Below, in pieces: positions 1 through 9,733 of a stretch of DNA of 64,000 bases. The notes below the pieces were generated by a model, which saw only the letters and a list, made by a program, of their open reading frames with translations, ran no database searches and had not been told where the DNA came from. Position 1 is the stretch's first letter. Each line of letters opens with the position of its first letter. Made by a program: the position numbers and the translations under genes. The DNA is from Patescibacteria group bacterium (lineage in GTDB: Bacteria; Patescibacteriota; JAHJAL01). The stretch spans positions 15,093 to 79,092 of the forward strand of contig JBAZOB010000001.1 in the NCBI GenBank assembly GCA_041648895.1, read 5' to 3'.

Positions 1-382
1 CCAGGGCCGATTCGGCTTGGCCAATGGCGACAATAAAGCCCGGATTTACGTCTTGAACTTGGCCGGCGGTAGCAATGTCCACGCCATGCCCATAGAGACC
101 TGTTTCGCCCACTTGTGATTTGATGTATTCATCAATACAATTGCCAATCTCTTCGGTAGAAGGGGCATTTTCCGGATAGGTCAAATCGGCCTCGGCAGTG
201 GAACCGCCGGAACGTAGATTGTCTAGTTTATCCTGATTTTTGATGTTGAGAAAATAAAAAATCGCTCCCAAGGGTAGGAGCATCAGGGCCAAAGACAAGA
301 GCAGCATTAAACATGAACAAATACTACACCAGAGGCACCAGCGTTTTATTTCGTTACTGCTTTCTTGTTTCTCGTCAGCCAT
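1..382 (-). CDS. Partial CDS, 5' end only. N-terminally membrane-anchored hypothetical protein; the gene continues past the window start.
   Basis: Minus-strand ATG at about 380-382, read by hand as MADEKQESSNEIKRWCLWCSICSCLMLLLSLALMLLPLGAIFYF... with one hydrophobic helix. No stop before the window edge. It is not in the supplied ORF track because it is open-ended. Confidence 0.3.
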   Translation of the reverse strand, partial: MADEKQESSNEIKRWCLWCSICSCLMLLLSLALMLLPLGAIFYFLNIKNQDKLDNLRSGGSTAEADLTYPENAPSTEEIGNCIDEYIKSQVGETGLYGHGVDIATAGQVQDVNPGFIVAIGQAESAL

Positions 383-417
383 TTTTTTATTTGGAACTTT
401 TAATTAATTATTCTCTT

Positions 418-535
418 GTGTCATCCCCGCCTTGAGCGGGGACCTCATTATTAAGTTTTTGTAAACGCCTTGTTGATGAGATCCCCGATAGCCGGAGCTC
501 CGCCCTGGGCGGATTCCGGTCGGGGATGACATGAA
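418..535. repeat. GC-rich palindromic MITE/REP-like element, copy 1. Unit TGTCATCCCCGCCTTGAGCGGGGAYCTCAT plus inverted partner with an extra GC hairpin.
   Basis: Inverted repeats TGTCATCCCCGCC...GGCGGGGATGACA flank a spacer. The whole element is about 85% identical to the copy at 29294-29410. Confidence 0.8.
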
Positions 536-579
536 AGATAGTTAATTAGTAAAATTCATTATTTGTAATTCGTAATTTT

Positions 580-2421
580 TTACAAATTCCCGCGCATGGC
601 GATAATTTCCTCCGGGTTGGAGGTGATGAGACGGTGTTCGGTGTAGGAGGCAACGATTTTGATTAGAACGTGGTTGAGGCCGGCAAAGAAAATGCCTTCA
701 CCGACATTGGCTTCCAGCAGGGCCATTTTTTCACCGTCGGTCAGGTTAAATGTGCGGCCAATGAGGTCAATCGAGGCGGGGGATTGTTTGAGCAAAATCT
801 GCATGGCCGAGTTGGAGATCATGGCCTTGCCCCACTTGGAGCCCAAAAAGTCCTCCACGTCTTGGGAAATAGTGGTGACGCCCAGGTAGTATTTACGGGA
901 GCGTTTGGCCAGGTTGTGTAAGAAACGGGCGGAGTCTTCATATTGCATCAGGTTCCAGGCTTCGTCGATGACCATGATGCGGCGTTTTAACTGGGTGCGG
1001 ATTTTGGTCCAGATAAAGTTGGTGATAACGTACATGGCAATCGGGCGGAGTGATTCTTCCAGATCGCGCACGGAGAAGACAATGAAGTTGGCGGACAAGT
1101 CAATGTTGGTGGGGTTGTTTAAGAGGCCGGCGTAGGAACCTTCGGTGTATTTTTGCAAGCGCCGCGCCATGGATTCGGCGCCACTCATGTTCTCCAAGAC
1201 ATTGAATAAATCTTGCAATAGGGGCGGGGGATTTTTGTGAGAAGCCGCGTCTTCAGTAATGTCTTTGAGGGCGTAAGCTTCTTTGATGGCTTTGTCCATG
1301 ACGGCCGATTCTTCCGGAGTGAGTTGCCCGAGCATGATATTCATAATGCCGGAGATGGTGATAATGGCGGTGCGAAGAGCGTTTTCTTCTTCGCCGGCTT
1401 GGGTTTCGGGCAGTTCCAGGGGATTGATTTTACGGTCGGAATTGATGGAAATGGGGATATAGGTGCCGCCGACGGCTTCGCAGAGAGTTTGATATTCATT
1501 TTCCGGGTCGATGATAATGACGTTGGTACCCAGCATAAGATAGCGTAGGCATTCCAGTTTGACGGTGTAACTTTTACCGGCGCCGGAGGTGGCAAAAATG
1601 GTGCAGTTGGGATTGGGCAGGTCAAACCGATCAAAAATAATTAATGATTGATTGTGGCCGTTGAAGCCATAGAAAATACCGTTGTCGCTGGTTAGATCAA
1701 CCGAGGTGAAAGGAAAAGAAGTGGAAATGGCGTCGGTGTCCAGGTTACGGGTGATGTTTAATTCGTCGTTACCCAGGGGTAGGGTGCTGTTGAAACCGGG
1801 TTCTTGTTGGAGAATGGAATTTTTGGTGTAGATGAGAGAGCCGCCCAGGACAGTCTCCAGGTGGTCAATATTGGCTTTGAGTTCTTTTTCACTGTCGGCA
1901 TAGACGGTGAAATATAGTCCATAGAGAAATAGTTTTTCGCTGCCTTGTTGAATGCGATAACGCAATTCTTCGGCGTCCTGAATGGCGGTTTCCAGTTTGG
2001 GATCGGAAACTTCGCCTTTTTCGCGGCCAATGGCGTAGGTGGCCTGCATGCGCCCGACGCGATTGCGCAGGTCTTCCAGGACGGCTTTGGATTCCTGGGG
2101 GTAGATATACATGCTGATATCCATGGTGGCGTCGTAGGCAATGATCGGGGAAAGCCAGTTGGTGTTTAAAAAGCGGGGGTAGGTAAAAACAAACAGCGTC
2201 TGCACGTAGCTGTCGTTGATGATCAGATAGTTGGGGGTAATGCGAAAGGCGGAGGGAGCGACGATATCTTTGAGAGTGGTCATGCCTTCTTCAAAGACAC
2301 GTCGGGCTTCGGCCAGCCGTTTTTTTTCTTCTTCCAGCCGTTTCTTTTCTTCCATCGCGGCCACTTGAGCCGGATCAGTTGGCTTTTTTTTGAAAATGTT
2401 TATTTTGTCGAAAATGCTCAT
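580..2421 (-). CDS. virB4: VirB4/TrbE/CagE-family T4SS ATPase. This ORF carries the C-terminal ATPase portion, with the Walker A and B motifs.
   Basis: Walker A-like IFATSGAGKSYTVK and Walker B-like RRIMVIDEAWNLM. Overall TraC/VirB4 architecture; 613 aa. Confidence 0.8.
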   Translation of the reverse strand: MSIFDKINIFKKKPTDPAQVAAMEEKKRLEEEKKRLAEARRVFEEGMTTLKDIVAPSAFRITPNYLIINDSYVQTLFVFTYPRFLNTNWLSPIIAYDATMDISMYIYPQESKAVLEDLRNRVGRMQATYAIGREKGEVSDPKLETAIQDAEELRYRIQQGSEKLFLYGLYFTVYADSEKELKANIDHLETVLGGSLIYTKNSILQQEPGFNSTLPLGNDELNITRNLDTDAISTSFPFTSVDLTSDNGIFYGFNGHNQSLIIFDRFDLPNPNCTIFATSGAGKSYTVKLECLRYLMLGTNVIIIDPENEYQTLCEAVGGTYIPISINSDRKINPLELPETQAGEEENALRTAIITISGIMNIMLGQLTPEESAVMDKAIKEAYALKDITEDAASHKNPPPLLQDLFNVLENMSGAESMARRLQKYTEGSYAGLLNNPTNIDLSANFIVFSVRDLEESLRPIAMYVITNFIWTKIRTQLKRRIMVIDEAWNLMQYEDSARFLHNLAKRSRKYYLGVTTISQDVEDFLGSKWGKAMISNSAMQILLKQSPASIDLIGRTFNLTDGEKMALLEANVGEGIFFAGLNHVLIKIVASYTEHRLITSNPEEIIAMRGNL

Positions 2422-2440
2422 TGTTTATTTTTTATAATTA

Positions 2441-2508
2441 AAGGATCAAGTATCAAGGATCAAGTGCCAAGTGACTTGAAACTTGATCCTTGATACTTGA
2501 AACTTGAT
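2441..2508. repeat. ACTTGATCC/GGATCAAGT palindromic hairpin element with a 14-bp stem, lying between the two VirB4 halves.
   Basis: ATCAAGGATCAAGT ... ACTTGATCCTTGAT is a perfect inverted repeat. Related copies are at about 3226-3291 and 17803-17855. Confidence 0.75.
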
Positions 2509-2509
2509 G

Positions 2510-3241
2510 TTACTCTTCCTCCTGACTAAGGACACTGCCCACGATATCAGACGTGAGTGATTCAATTTTAAATAAACGTTGGTGGCGAGAGGTGAGGGGG
2601 TTGAAGTGAGCGTACATGAGTTCGGCAATTTCCTGGGTGGTGAGGGTGACGGCGCGTAGGCCCATGGAGCCAATACCATTGGAAATCAGGCCAATGCGTT
2701 CGTTGATTTTTTCTTTGGCTTGCTTGAATTCTTTGGCTTTAACTAATTGTTCATCTTGGCTGGGGAATAATTTTTGCCAAAAACCTTTGGCGGAAACATC
2801 GGGTGGATAGTAGGAAACGATGATAAAGAATTTTTTTTCCATGATGTTAGTAACTTGCAAGAGGCGCTGGATGAAGGAAATATATTCACTCATCTGCATG
2901 CGTAGCAGATCATTTTCTTGCTTGACTTCCAGGTCTTTGAGCTTGGCAATGTATTCGGATAGATCGAGTTTTTTGGATTGCACCACGATTTGGATGGGGA
3001 AGGGGAGGGAATTGAGAAAATTCTGATATTGATAGATAATGGCGTTTTGTTCCTGATCGGACTTCAGGTCAAAATTGATGGCGGAAGTCAGCAGCACACT
3101 GCGCAAGCTGCCATCTTTCATGATGACAAATCCATCGCGTATTTCCTGGAAAGGTAAATACTTTTGAGTGGAGCTTTTGGTGGTGTTTTTGGATTTTTTA
3201 AGTTTTGGTTTCACAATATTTATTAAAGGATCAAGTTCCAA
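2510..3241 (-). CDS. VirB4 N-terminal domain-like protein (CagE_TrbE_VirB region), apparently a separate ORF from the ATPase domain.
   Basis: QEIRDGFVIMKDGSLRSVLL...NFDL...SDQEQ resembles the start of the VirB4 N-terminal domain. 243 aa plus 613 aa is about full VirB4 length. The called start is TTG at 3241, inside the palindrome, so the start is uncertain. Confidence 0.45.
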   Translation of the reverse strand: MELDPLINIVKPKLKKSKNTTKSSTQKYLPFQEIRDGFVIMKDGSLRSVLLTSAINFDLKSDQEQNAIIYQYQNFLNSLPFPIQIVVQSKKLDLSEYIAKLKDLEVKQENDLLRMQMSEYISFIQRLLQVTNIMEKKFFIIVSYYPPDVSAKGFWQKLFPSQDEQLVKAKEFKQAKEKINERIGLISNGIGSMGLRAVTLTTQEIAELMYAHFNPLTSRHQRLFKIESLTSDIVGSVLSQEEE

Positions 3242-3291
3242 GGATCAAGTTTCAAGTCATTTGGCACTTGATTCTTGGTACTTGATACTTG
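3226..3291. repeat. ACTTGATCC-family palindromic element, copy 2.
   Basis: AAGGATCAAGTTCCAAGGATCAAGT...CACTTGATTCTTGGTACTTGATACTTG. It overlaps the putative TTG start of the upstream ORF. Confidence 0.65.
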
Positions 3292-4005
3292 TTATATTTG
3301 TTTCTGTTTATTTAAAATTTCCTCAATAGCGGCTTTTTTGGCATCTCCCATTTCTTTGAGCATGGTGGTGGTGTCGGTGGTGGCGGGTTTTTGGCGTTTG
3401 AACAAGCCGCCGATAATATTACCAATTCCATTACCGGTGGTGGTATCTTTGGGGGTGGGGATTTTGATTTCGGGAACGGCGGCGGTGGGAGTGGATAGAA
3501 CGGTAGCTTTTTTGACATTGGGTTGGGGACGGGTGGCGGGTTTATCTTGTTCGTGTTCGGTCATTTTTTGCCGGACGTCTTTTTCGGGTTCGATCTGGGT
3601 ATCGAGGATGAGGGAGAGTTGTTGTAATTGTGATTTGACTTCGCCGGGGTGACGGATAGCTTCTTTTTCCTTGGCTTTATCGGCTTTACTGGTTTGAGAA
3701 CTGAGTTCAAAAACGGGTGGTGGCTGCTGTTGCCAGAGCATGACTTTGGGGCTGGCCAAAAAGAGTAACAGGTTGGCGATAAATTTGGAAAAGGGCTGTT
3801 CGTTGACGGGTACAAAGGCAAAGGCGATGGCGACCAGGGCGACGGGGATGGACAAGGCGTAGAACAAATTGCCGTAACCGAAATATAGATACACCATATA
3901 TATTATAGCCGAGGCGAACAGTAGGTACAAAAATTGCTCCAAGGTCAGGGGACCAATAATTTGATCTGGCATCTTGATATTTTGGGGGACTTTGTATTGG
4001 AGCAT
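3292..4005 (-). CDS. VirB3/PrgI-like small membrane protein with a Pro/Thr-rich C-terminal tail.
   Basis: Two N-terminal hydrophobic helices (LYLLFASAIIYMVYLYF, ALSIPVALVAIAFAFV) sit immediately upstream of VirB4, as in Gram-positive-type T4SS. No sequence motif confirms the call. Confidence 0.35.
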   Translation of the reverse strand: MLQYKVPQNIKMPDQIIGPLTLEQFLYLLFASAIIYMVYLYFGYGNLFYALSIPVALVAIAFAFVPVNEQPFSKFIANLLLFLASPKVMLWQQQPPPVFELSSQTSKADKAKEKEAIRHPGEVKSQLQQLSLILDTQIEPEKDVRQKMTEHEQDKPATRPQPNVKKATVLSTPTAAVPEIKIPTPKDTTTGNGIGNIIGGLFKRQKPATTDTTTMLKEMGDAKKAAIEEILNKQKQI

Positions 4006-4053
4006 TTGTTTTTATTACGAATGACGAATTATGAGGAACTTGTAGGGGCGGGG

Positions 4054-6714
4054 TTACTTGATAAACATTGCTAGATATGGTTTGAGTTCGTCTAATACGC
4101 CTTGTTGAATTAATTTATTGCGAATTTCGATGCCAGATCTTTTATCGTCGATCATTTTTGCTACAACTGGGTTATTTTGTACAAACTCTTTTTTAAATTC
4201 TTTTGTAGTTTTTGTGTTATTGTCGAAGAAATATTCGACTCTTTTTTCGTGACTATCGGTTTGAAAATTGGTATTACCATCTACCACCTTAAAATTTTCA
4301 CCACCTTGATGATCTTTATAAATATTGTTTATGCCGTTGTAGATTATCTGTTCGGTTGAATTGGCTGATCCTCCATGTGGGGGGACAAAATTTCGTTCAT
4401 TGGTAGTGAAATAATTAGAATTTTGAACAGTATTTTGAACGGATTGTTTGGCTTCCCCCGTTCTTTTGATGGCTTCTTTTATTTGATAATTGACTATGTT
4501 GTTGTCTGGACTACTGATAGCGCCATTTTTGTCGGTGCTAATATCTTTCAACAATTCGTTGAGTTTTTCGGCCCCAGCGTTTCTGGCGATATCTTGTGCG
4601 TTTTTAATATCGCCACCAGGTCTGATTTCGTCCATGATGGCTCTTAACGCAGCGGCACTTAAGTTTCCATGAGCGACACCAAGACGTTCACTGTTAATTC
4701 TGATATTATTTTCAGCATTTGTCTTTATTGTGTTAAATAATTTATTTACGGTAGTAAAATGATTATTAGCGTTTGGTTCGGATTTGTTATAACTTTCGAA
4801 TGCTTTACTTACTAACTGGTCTCCATTGGGGGGTGGAGTTACTCCGAAATTGCCGGCAGCGGCGTTAGCATTTGAAGTTTTAGCAATATTGACTATATCT
4901 GTGTCACTGAGATTTAGGTCTTTGGGATTTTTGGCTACATCGAGTAATGTGCCCTGATTTTCGGGGTTACGTTTGGTTCCTTTGACATTCATATATTCAT
5001 CAAATTCAATACCATTGGCTGTCATGAGTTGACCAAGAAGTTTTTCACCCAAAGCTTTTCTTTCTGGTTTAGCATCGTTTAATGACATTTGTTTTAGGGC
5101 GCCGAACATATTACTCAGGTTTTCTTGAACAGCACCCTCAGTATTTTTGCCATTGATCAAATTGTTGAATCCGGCCGAGTGGTCTTTTTTTGTTTCGTCG
5201 AATGCTCGTTTAAACTGATCTTCGTCCCAACTGTTGTACATGACACTTTCCATGGATTTATCTCTTCGTCTGGCAACGTTTTTCATGTCGCCAAGTCTTT
5301 CTAACTCGGTCATGTTGTTGTATCGTGTGTCGGTGGCCAAGTTTTTTTCAGCTTGGAGTTTGGCGGCTTCTCTACCGGCTCGCAATTTACCAAGACCACC
5401 AAATATACCACGACCACCAAATAATGTTTTTCCTGCCCAGCTTTCAGGCATAGGGGTTCCTAATATTGGAACTTTCTTTGGGAATTTAATACCAGATTCG
5501 GCAAGATGTCCGGCTCCTTCCTTGATACCCATTTGTTCCCAACCATATCCGCCGGCTTTTTTTCCTAGGTTAGTAATACCTGTGATAAGTTGTTGGCCGA
5601 TACCGCCTAGTTGGAAGGGAAGCATGATGGCGGCGATCATGACGGCGACGCCGGCAACATATCTAATGGCGCCATAAATCCAGCTGGTTTCTTGATATCC
5701 GCTAACTGGTGCGGCATGAGCAATGTCAAATATATTAATGTGATGTAATAATGAAGAAGTAGTGGGGTAAGTGTATGTTTGGTCGCCGAATAAGGTGGCT
5801 AGATATAAGAGGAAGAATACGGCTGGAGCCAAAAATATCCAAGTGAATAATTGTTTTACATACGTTTCTCCAAAAGATCGGGTGGGAGGAAATGAGTAAA
5901 AAATAATGGCAATGGGGGCGATGGTGATCAAGATGAAGATAACCATATATCGAGCGAGAAAGACAAGTGAAAGGATAAATAGCAGTATTGTGGGGAGTAG
6001 ATATAAAATAAGGGCGCCAGTGACGACGGCTAGTATTATTATTCCTCCCCATGGGTTAGCGGCACCAGCGATACCGAGGCCCGCGATAGCCCCTATTGGC
6101 CAAAAAAATCCGAACCAATTTGCTAAAGCATCTCCAGTTTTAATAGCATTACCAGTGACAGGGTCAATGGCAAAATCCATACCAGTTGACAGTCTTATTA
6201 GTCGGCAAGCTAAACTGCAAGAGGGATCAGATATGTTGTGTAATAATTCGTTGACGAGTAGGTCGGAAAAATCAAGTAGAACGGATATAATTAGGAAACT
6301 TAAGTTAGCTAATACGAAGCCAGCGATTAGGGACGGCAGAGTTTTCTTAATTTCGTAGGTATTTATTTCCAGTCTGGTAGCGTTGGCAAAGGCGATGGCG
6401 ATTAAAAATAGAACGAAAAATATGTTGACGAAATATATAGAATATTGCCAGCCAGTTTGAAATGAGGTTATGCTGGTGTCGATGTGTGAGGTCCCATCTA
6501 ATAATCTGATGGCAACGTTTGTTAGCCAATAAAGAATATGAAAAACTAGAGCGGCTAGAGTGAAGATACCGTTGACAAGTGTATCTTGCCACCAACTACC
6601 ACCGGCTGCGGCTTGATCGGGAAAGTAGTCTTTCATGGTTGGAGTAGCTGAGATTATATGTATGGCTTGGGAAAAAGATGATTGAATTGTCGATAGGTCT
6701 AACAAATGTTCCAT
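4054..6714 (-). CDS. VirB6/TrbL-like polytopic membrane protein with a large hydrophilic C-terminal domain; paralog of 6755..9025.
   Basis: Multiple TM helices. The block GWQYSIYFVNIFFVLFLIAIAFANATRLEINTYEIKKTLPSLIAGF is shared with the next ORF. Position within the T4SS locus supports the call. Confidence 0.5.
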   Translation of the reverse strand: MEHLLDLSTIQSSFSQAIHIISATPTMKDYFPDQAAAGGSWWQDTLVNGIFTLAALVFHILYWLTNVAIRLLDGTSHIDTSITSFQTGWQYSIYFVNIFFVLFLIAIAFANATRLEINTYEIKKTLPSLIAGFVLANLSFLIISVLLDFSDLLVNELLHNISDPSCSLACRLIRLSTGMDFAIDPVTGNAIKTGDALANWFGFFWPIGAIAGLGIAGAANPWGGIIILAVVTGALILYLLPTILLFILSLVFLARYMVIFILITIAPIAIIFYSFPPTRSFGETYVKQLFTWIFLAPAVFFLLYLATLFGDQTYTYPTTSSLLHHINIFDIAHAAPVSGYQETSWIYGAIRYVAGVAVMIAAIMLPFQLGGIGQQLITGITNLGKKAGGYGWEQMGIKEGAGHLAESGIKFPKKVPILGTPMPESWAGKTLFGGRGIFGGLGKLRAGREAAKLQAEKNLATDTRYNNMTELERLGDMKNVARRRDKSMESVMYNSWDEDQFKRAFDETKKDHSAGFNNLINGKNTEGAVQENLSNMFGALKQMSLNDAKPERKALGEKLLGQLMTANGIEFDEYMNVKGTKRNPENQGTLLDVAKNPKDLNLSDTDIVNIAKTSNANAAAGNFGVTPPPNGDQLVSKAFESYNKSEPNANNHFTTVNKLFNTIKTNAENNIRINSERLGVAHGNLSAAALRAIMDEIRPGGDIKNAQDIARNAGAEKLNELLKDISTDKNGAISSPDNNIVNYQIKEAIKRTGEAKQSVQNTVQNSNYFTTNERNFVPPHGGSANSTEQIIYNGINNIYKDHQGGENFKVVDGNTNFQTDSHEKRVEYFFDNNTKTTKEFKKEFVQNNPVVAKMIDDKRSGIEIRNKLIQQGVLDELKPYLAMFIK

Positions 6715-6754
6715 ATTTTATATAAATATTATTTTTATGAAAAAAATTATTTAA

Positions 6755-9025
6755 TTACGCGGTATTGATTGGTGGAACGGTGTTGTATTTGGGGATGGTG
6801 GTGGAGACGGGGCGGGGAGTGGAGGTGGCGGTGGTGGCGGAAGATGGGGCGGAGGATGGGGTGGCGTCGAGGCCTTTTTGGACGGTGGTGGAAATGTTTT
6901 GGCTAGAAGTAAGTTGAGTGGTGATCTGGTTGAGAGTGGTTAGGGTTTGATAGTTATTGTTGGTTTGCTGGCCTTGTTGGATGAGTTGTTTGAGTTCGGG
7001 GCTAGAGGCGGCGTCAATGGCGGCCTTGATGTCGCCATTGCGGACGCTGGTCATGATGCCGCGGACGTTATCGGCGCTAATATTAGGGTTGTTTTTAATA
7101 ATTTGAGTAGCTTGTTGAGAACCTTTGGATTGAATATCACGGTTGTAGCTGACCAGGTCATTGAGGCTTTGGAGTTTGACACCCTCACCGGTGGTGATAT
7201 TGGCGGCGCTAATGTTGGAGTCATATTGGTTGCGAACTTCGACGGGGATAGATTGAATGATTTTATTGGTTTCGGCCGGAGTTTTGGCGTCAGCCAGAGC
7301 AGCAACGGTGGAGCGGTCGGAAACATAACTGGCGACATTGAATTGAGGGGGAGTGCCACTGGTGAGCTGGTCAACGGCCACGCCCATTTTTTGACTTAAT
7401 TCGTTGCCTTTCCATTCAATCTTTTGGCCGGTACCAGTGCCGGCGCCACCGCCGCTGCCAGTATTGCCAGCACCTCCGGCACTGCCCGCGGCAAGAGGAC
7501 TTATTTTATTTTTTGATGCTTGGGTTTTATCTTTTCTCTGGGCTTCCGCGCCAATTTGTTTAGCTTTTTCGCGCCAGGCGTTGAGCCGTTTTTGGTATTC
7601 CTGGAAAGATCTGGTGAGAGGGTTATTGCGGTCTTGGTTTTTATTTTGTGGTTCTTCGGTCATTACCTCAGCTTCTTTTTCAGTTTTATTAAATCCAGCG
7701 ATGAATTTATTTGACTGGGTTTCGGGAGTGTTTTGGTTGGCGAGCGAAGTGCCGCCGCCGGTGGGGCCAATATAGTTGCCTTGTTCATCAATATTTGTTA
7801 AAGCGGTGCGGGGGAAAGTTGGGGGAGGAGCGACAGTTCCGGTTGATTGTGGGGGCACGCCCCCGCCAATACCACGGGTCATGGGATTGTTGCCGCCGAG
7901 TAGATTGGTGACGGCGCGGAGGGGATTTTGTCCGTAGAGCGGAGCCATCATCAGGTAGCTGGTGATTTGCTGGCCGAAGCTGGAAAGGGATAGGGGGATA
8001 AAAATAGCGAATAAAAGGACAAAAATGCCGGACATGTAGCTGACAATTGTTTGGGTAAAATCATTGTCATTGACGTCGACAGTGGGAGAAAAAATGGTCG
8101 AGAGACCGAGGATAAAAAATATAATGGGCAGGATAAAATTCCAGGTGAGGAAGTAGTTGAGCCATTTTTCGCCAATGGCTTTGGAGGGGGGAAAGAAAAG
8201 TAAGATAATGCCCAGTGGGGCCAGGACGATCAGAATGTACAGGATGATATTGCGGATGATGCTGACAAACGCCAGGACGATAATGGCCAGACAGGGCAAA
8301 GAGTAAAAAAAGGCGGCGATAAGTAAATTGATGATCAGTTTCAGTTCAGCCAGTTCGGCTTCGTCGCCGATGTTGTTTACTGCCAATACGATGGTATTTA
8401 GATCGGTGGAGCTGAAACGGTCGATAAAAGCATTGAGCATGTTGGTATTGGTACCGCTTAAGTCAATACCGATGGTCGTATTTAGTACTTTGTTGATGAT
8501 ATCTCCGCCGAAGATGGTATTGAGTTCAACAATCATCAAGTCGCCAACATCGAGCAGAGCTTTGCAGAGCAATAGACTAAAGTTGGCAATAATGAAGCCG
8601 GCAATCAGGGCAGGCAGAGTTTTTTTGATGGCATAGGTTTCAATGTTCAGGCGCAGGGCGTTGGCCAGAGCAATGGCAATCAGGACAAATATGGCGATAA
8701 TGTTGACAAAGAAAATGGCGTAACCCCAACCGGTTTCCAGCTGGTTGTTTTCCAGGCTGACGTACTGTGAATTTTCCACCACATTGGCGGCCAGTTTGGA
8801 GAAGGTGCCAAGGATACTGAGCCAGCTGATAATTTGTTGGGCAATGGCTTGGGCCAGGGAGGAAATGTGTTCTAAATCTTCGATGTCAAACATCTCAGCA
8901 AATCGCAGCAGGATTTTGCTGAGATTGGAATCTTCCGCCAGGTAACCAATGGCATAAAAACTACTGAGTAGGATTGACGACATTATAGAGATGGCTACAA
9001 TGAATAAATCATAATATTGTACCAA
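6755..9025 (-). CDS. VirB6/TrbL-like polytopic membrane protein, paralog 2, with a Gly/Thr/Pro-rich C-terminal region.
   Basis: ETGWGYAIFFVNIIAIFVLIAIALANALRLNIETYAIKKTLPALIAGF is paralogous to 4054..6714. The called start is TTG at 9025; an in-frame ATG at about 8983 is an alternative. Confidence 0.5.
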   Translation of the reverse strand: MVQYYDLFIVAISIMSSILLSSFYAIGYLAEDSNLSKILLRFAEMFDIEDLEHISSLAQAIAQQIISWLSILGTFSKLAANVVENSQYVSLENNQLETGWGYAIFFVNIIAIFVLIAIALANALRLNIETYAIKKTLPALIAGFIIANFSLLLCKALLDVGDLMIVELNTIFGGDIINKVLNTTIGIDLSGTNTNMLNAFIDRFSSTDLNTIVLAVNNIGDEAELAELKLIINLLIAAFFYSLPCLAIIVLAFVSIIRNIILYILIVLAPLGIILLFFPPSKAIGEKWLNYFLTWNFILPIIFFILGLSTIFSPTVDVNDNDFTQTIVSYMSGIFVLLFAIFIPLSLSSFGQQITSYLMMAPLYGQNPLRAVTNLLGGNNPMTRGIGGGVPPQSTGTVAPPPTFPRTALTNIDEQGNYIGPTGGGTSLANQNTPETQSNKFIAGFNKTEKEAEVMTEEPQNKNQDRNNPLTRSFQEYQKRLNAWREKAKQIGAEAQRKDKTQASKNKISPLAAGSAGGAGNTGSGGGAGTGTGQKIEWKGNELSQKMGVAVDQLTSGTPPQFNVASYVSDRSTVAALADAKTPAETNKIIQSIPVEVRNQYDSNISAANITTGEGVKLQSLNDLVSYNRDIQSKGSQQATQIIKNNPNISADNVRGIMTSVRNGDIKAAIDAASSPELKQLIQQGQQTNNNYQTLTTLNQITTQLTSSQNISTTVQKGLDATPSSAPSSATTATSTPRPVSTTIPKYNTVPPINTA

Positions 9026-9111
9026 ATTTCTTCCCTATCTGTCAAGGTTTATGATTTTTAAATTACCTTATTTTCAATTAAATAGATTATATATTAACAA
9101 GCGGGGGGAAT

Positions 9112-9280
9112 AATTACAAATTAATGGGTTGTACTTATTAGTCATTTCCCCTGTCATCCCCGCCTTGAGCGGGGATCTCATATGTAACGCGTTTATTACA
9201 GTCTTGATGATGAGATCCCCGCTCAAGGCGGGGATGACATATAAAGAGATTAATTCAGACTACTCATTAATTTGTAATTT
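9112..9280. repeat. GC-rich palindromic MITE-like element, copy 2, with AATTACAAAT heptamer-repeat arms.
   Basis: AATTACAAATTAATGGGT ... TGTCATCCCCGCCTTGAGCGGGGATCTCAT - spacer - ATGAGATCCCCGCTCAAGGCGGGGATGACA ... ACTCATTAATTTGTAATT. The outer arms are also inverted repeats. Confidence 0.8.
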
Positions 9281-9322
9281 TATTTATCAATAAAAACAGT
9301 CTCCTGTTTTTAAGGAGACTGT
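9280..9322 (-). terminator. Rho-independent terminator downstream of pilin 9349..9693.
   Basis: ACAGTCTCCT-GTTTTTA-AGGAGACTGT forms a 10-bp stem. On the minus strand it is followed by a TTTTATT tract. Confidence 0.6.
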
Positions 9323-9348
9323 AATGAAAAATATGTGCTTATTTATTA

Positions 9349-9693
9349 CTACCCTCGTCGGATTTCATCAATAATGTAACTTACGATCAGGCTGGCAGAG
9401 ACGATCAGGATGAGGCCGATGACTGACCAGGTGATGGTACTGATGGCTTTTTTGGATTCTTCTGGATTGCCGGTGGCGGTGATGTATTTGTAGCCACCAA
9501 TGATGGCAAAAGCGACCGCAATTAGTCCGGACAGTACAGTGGCCACATTGATCAATGTGCCGAGAAAATCATAGATAGTCACATTTTCGTCCAGTGGATT
9601 GAGTTTTTTTAATTGATCAGCAAAATTGAGGGCAAGTATTGGCCACGGCGTTTGAGCAAGAAAATCGGCGAGCGAATTTATTGGTGGCAACAT
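9349..9693 (-). CDS. TrbC/VirB2-like T4SS pilin of the CPR-type T4SS_pilin family, paralog 1.
   Basis: Family motif IIGGYKYITATGNPEESKKAISTITWSVIGLILIVSA follows an N-terminal hydrophobic leader. Confidence 0.7.
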   Translation of the reverse strand: MLPPINSLADFLAQTPWPILALNFADQLKKLNPLDENVTIYDFLGTLINVATVLSGLIAVAFAIIGGYKYITATGNPEESKKAISTITWSVIGLILIVSASLIVSYIIDEIRRG

Positions 9694-9733
9694 GATATAA
9701 TATTACTTCTTAATTTGGCAGAGGGGCTTCGCG

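Noticed and set aside
659-2169. Several plus-strand ORFs of 60-150 aa (659..889, 670..921, 905..1135, 1237..1548, 1945..2169) lie inside the virB4 gene.
   Set aside because: They are fully embedded antisense to a well-supported 613-aa ATPase gene. They have low-complexity Gly/Ala/Val-rich translations typical of frame artefacts.
4177-9000. Numerous 60-150 aa ORFs on both strands lie inside the two VirB6-like genes and the Res/SNF2 genes.
   Set aside because: They are embedded in longer, motif-supported CDSs and have low-complexity translations. They are treated as noise.
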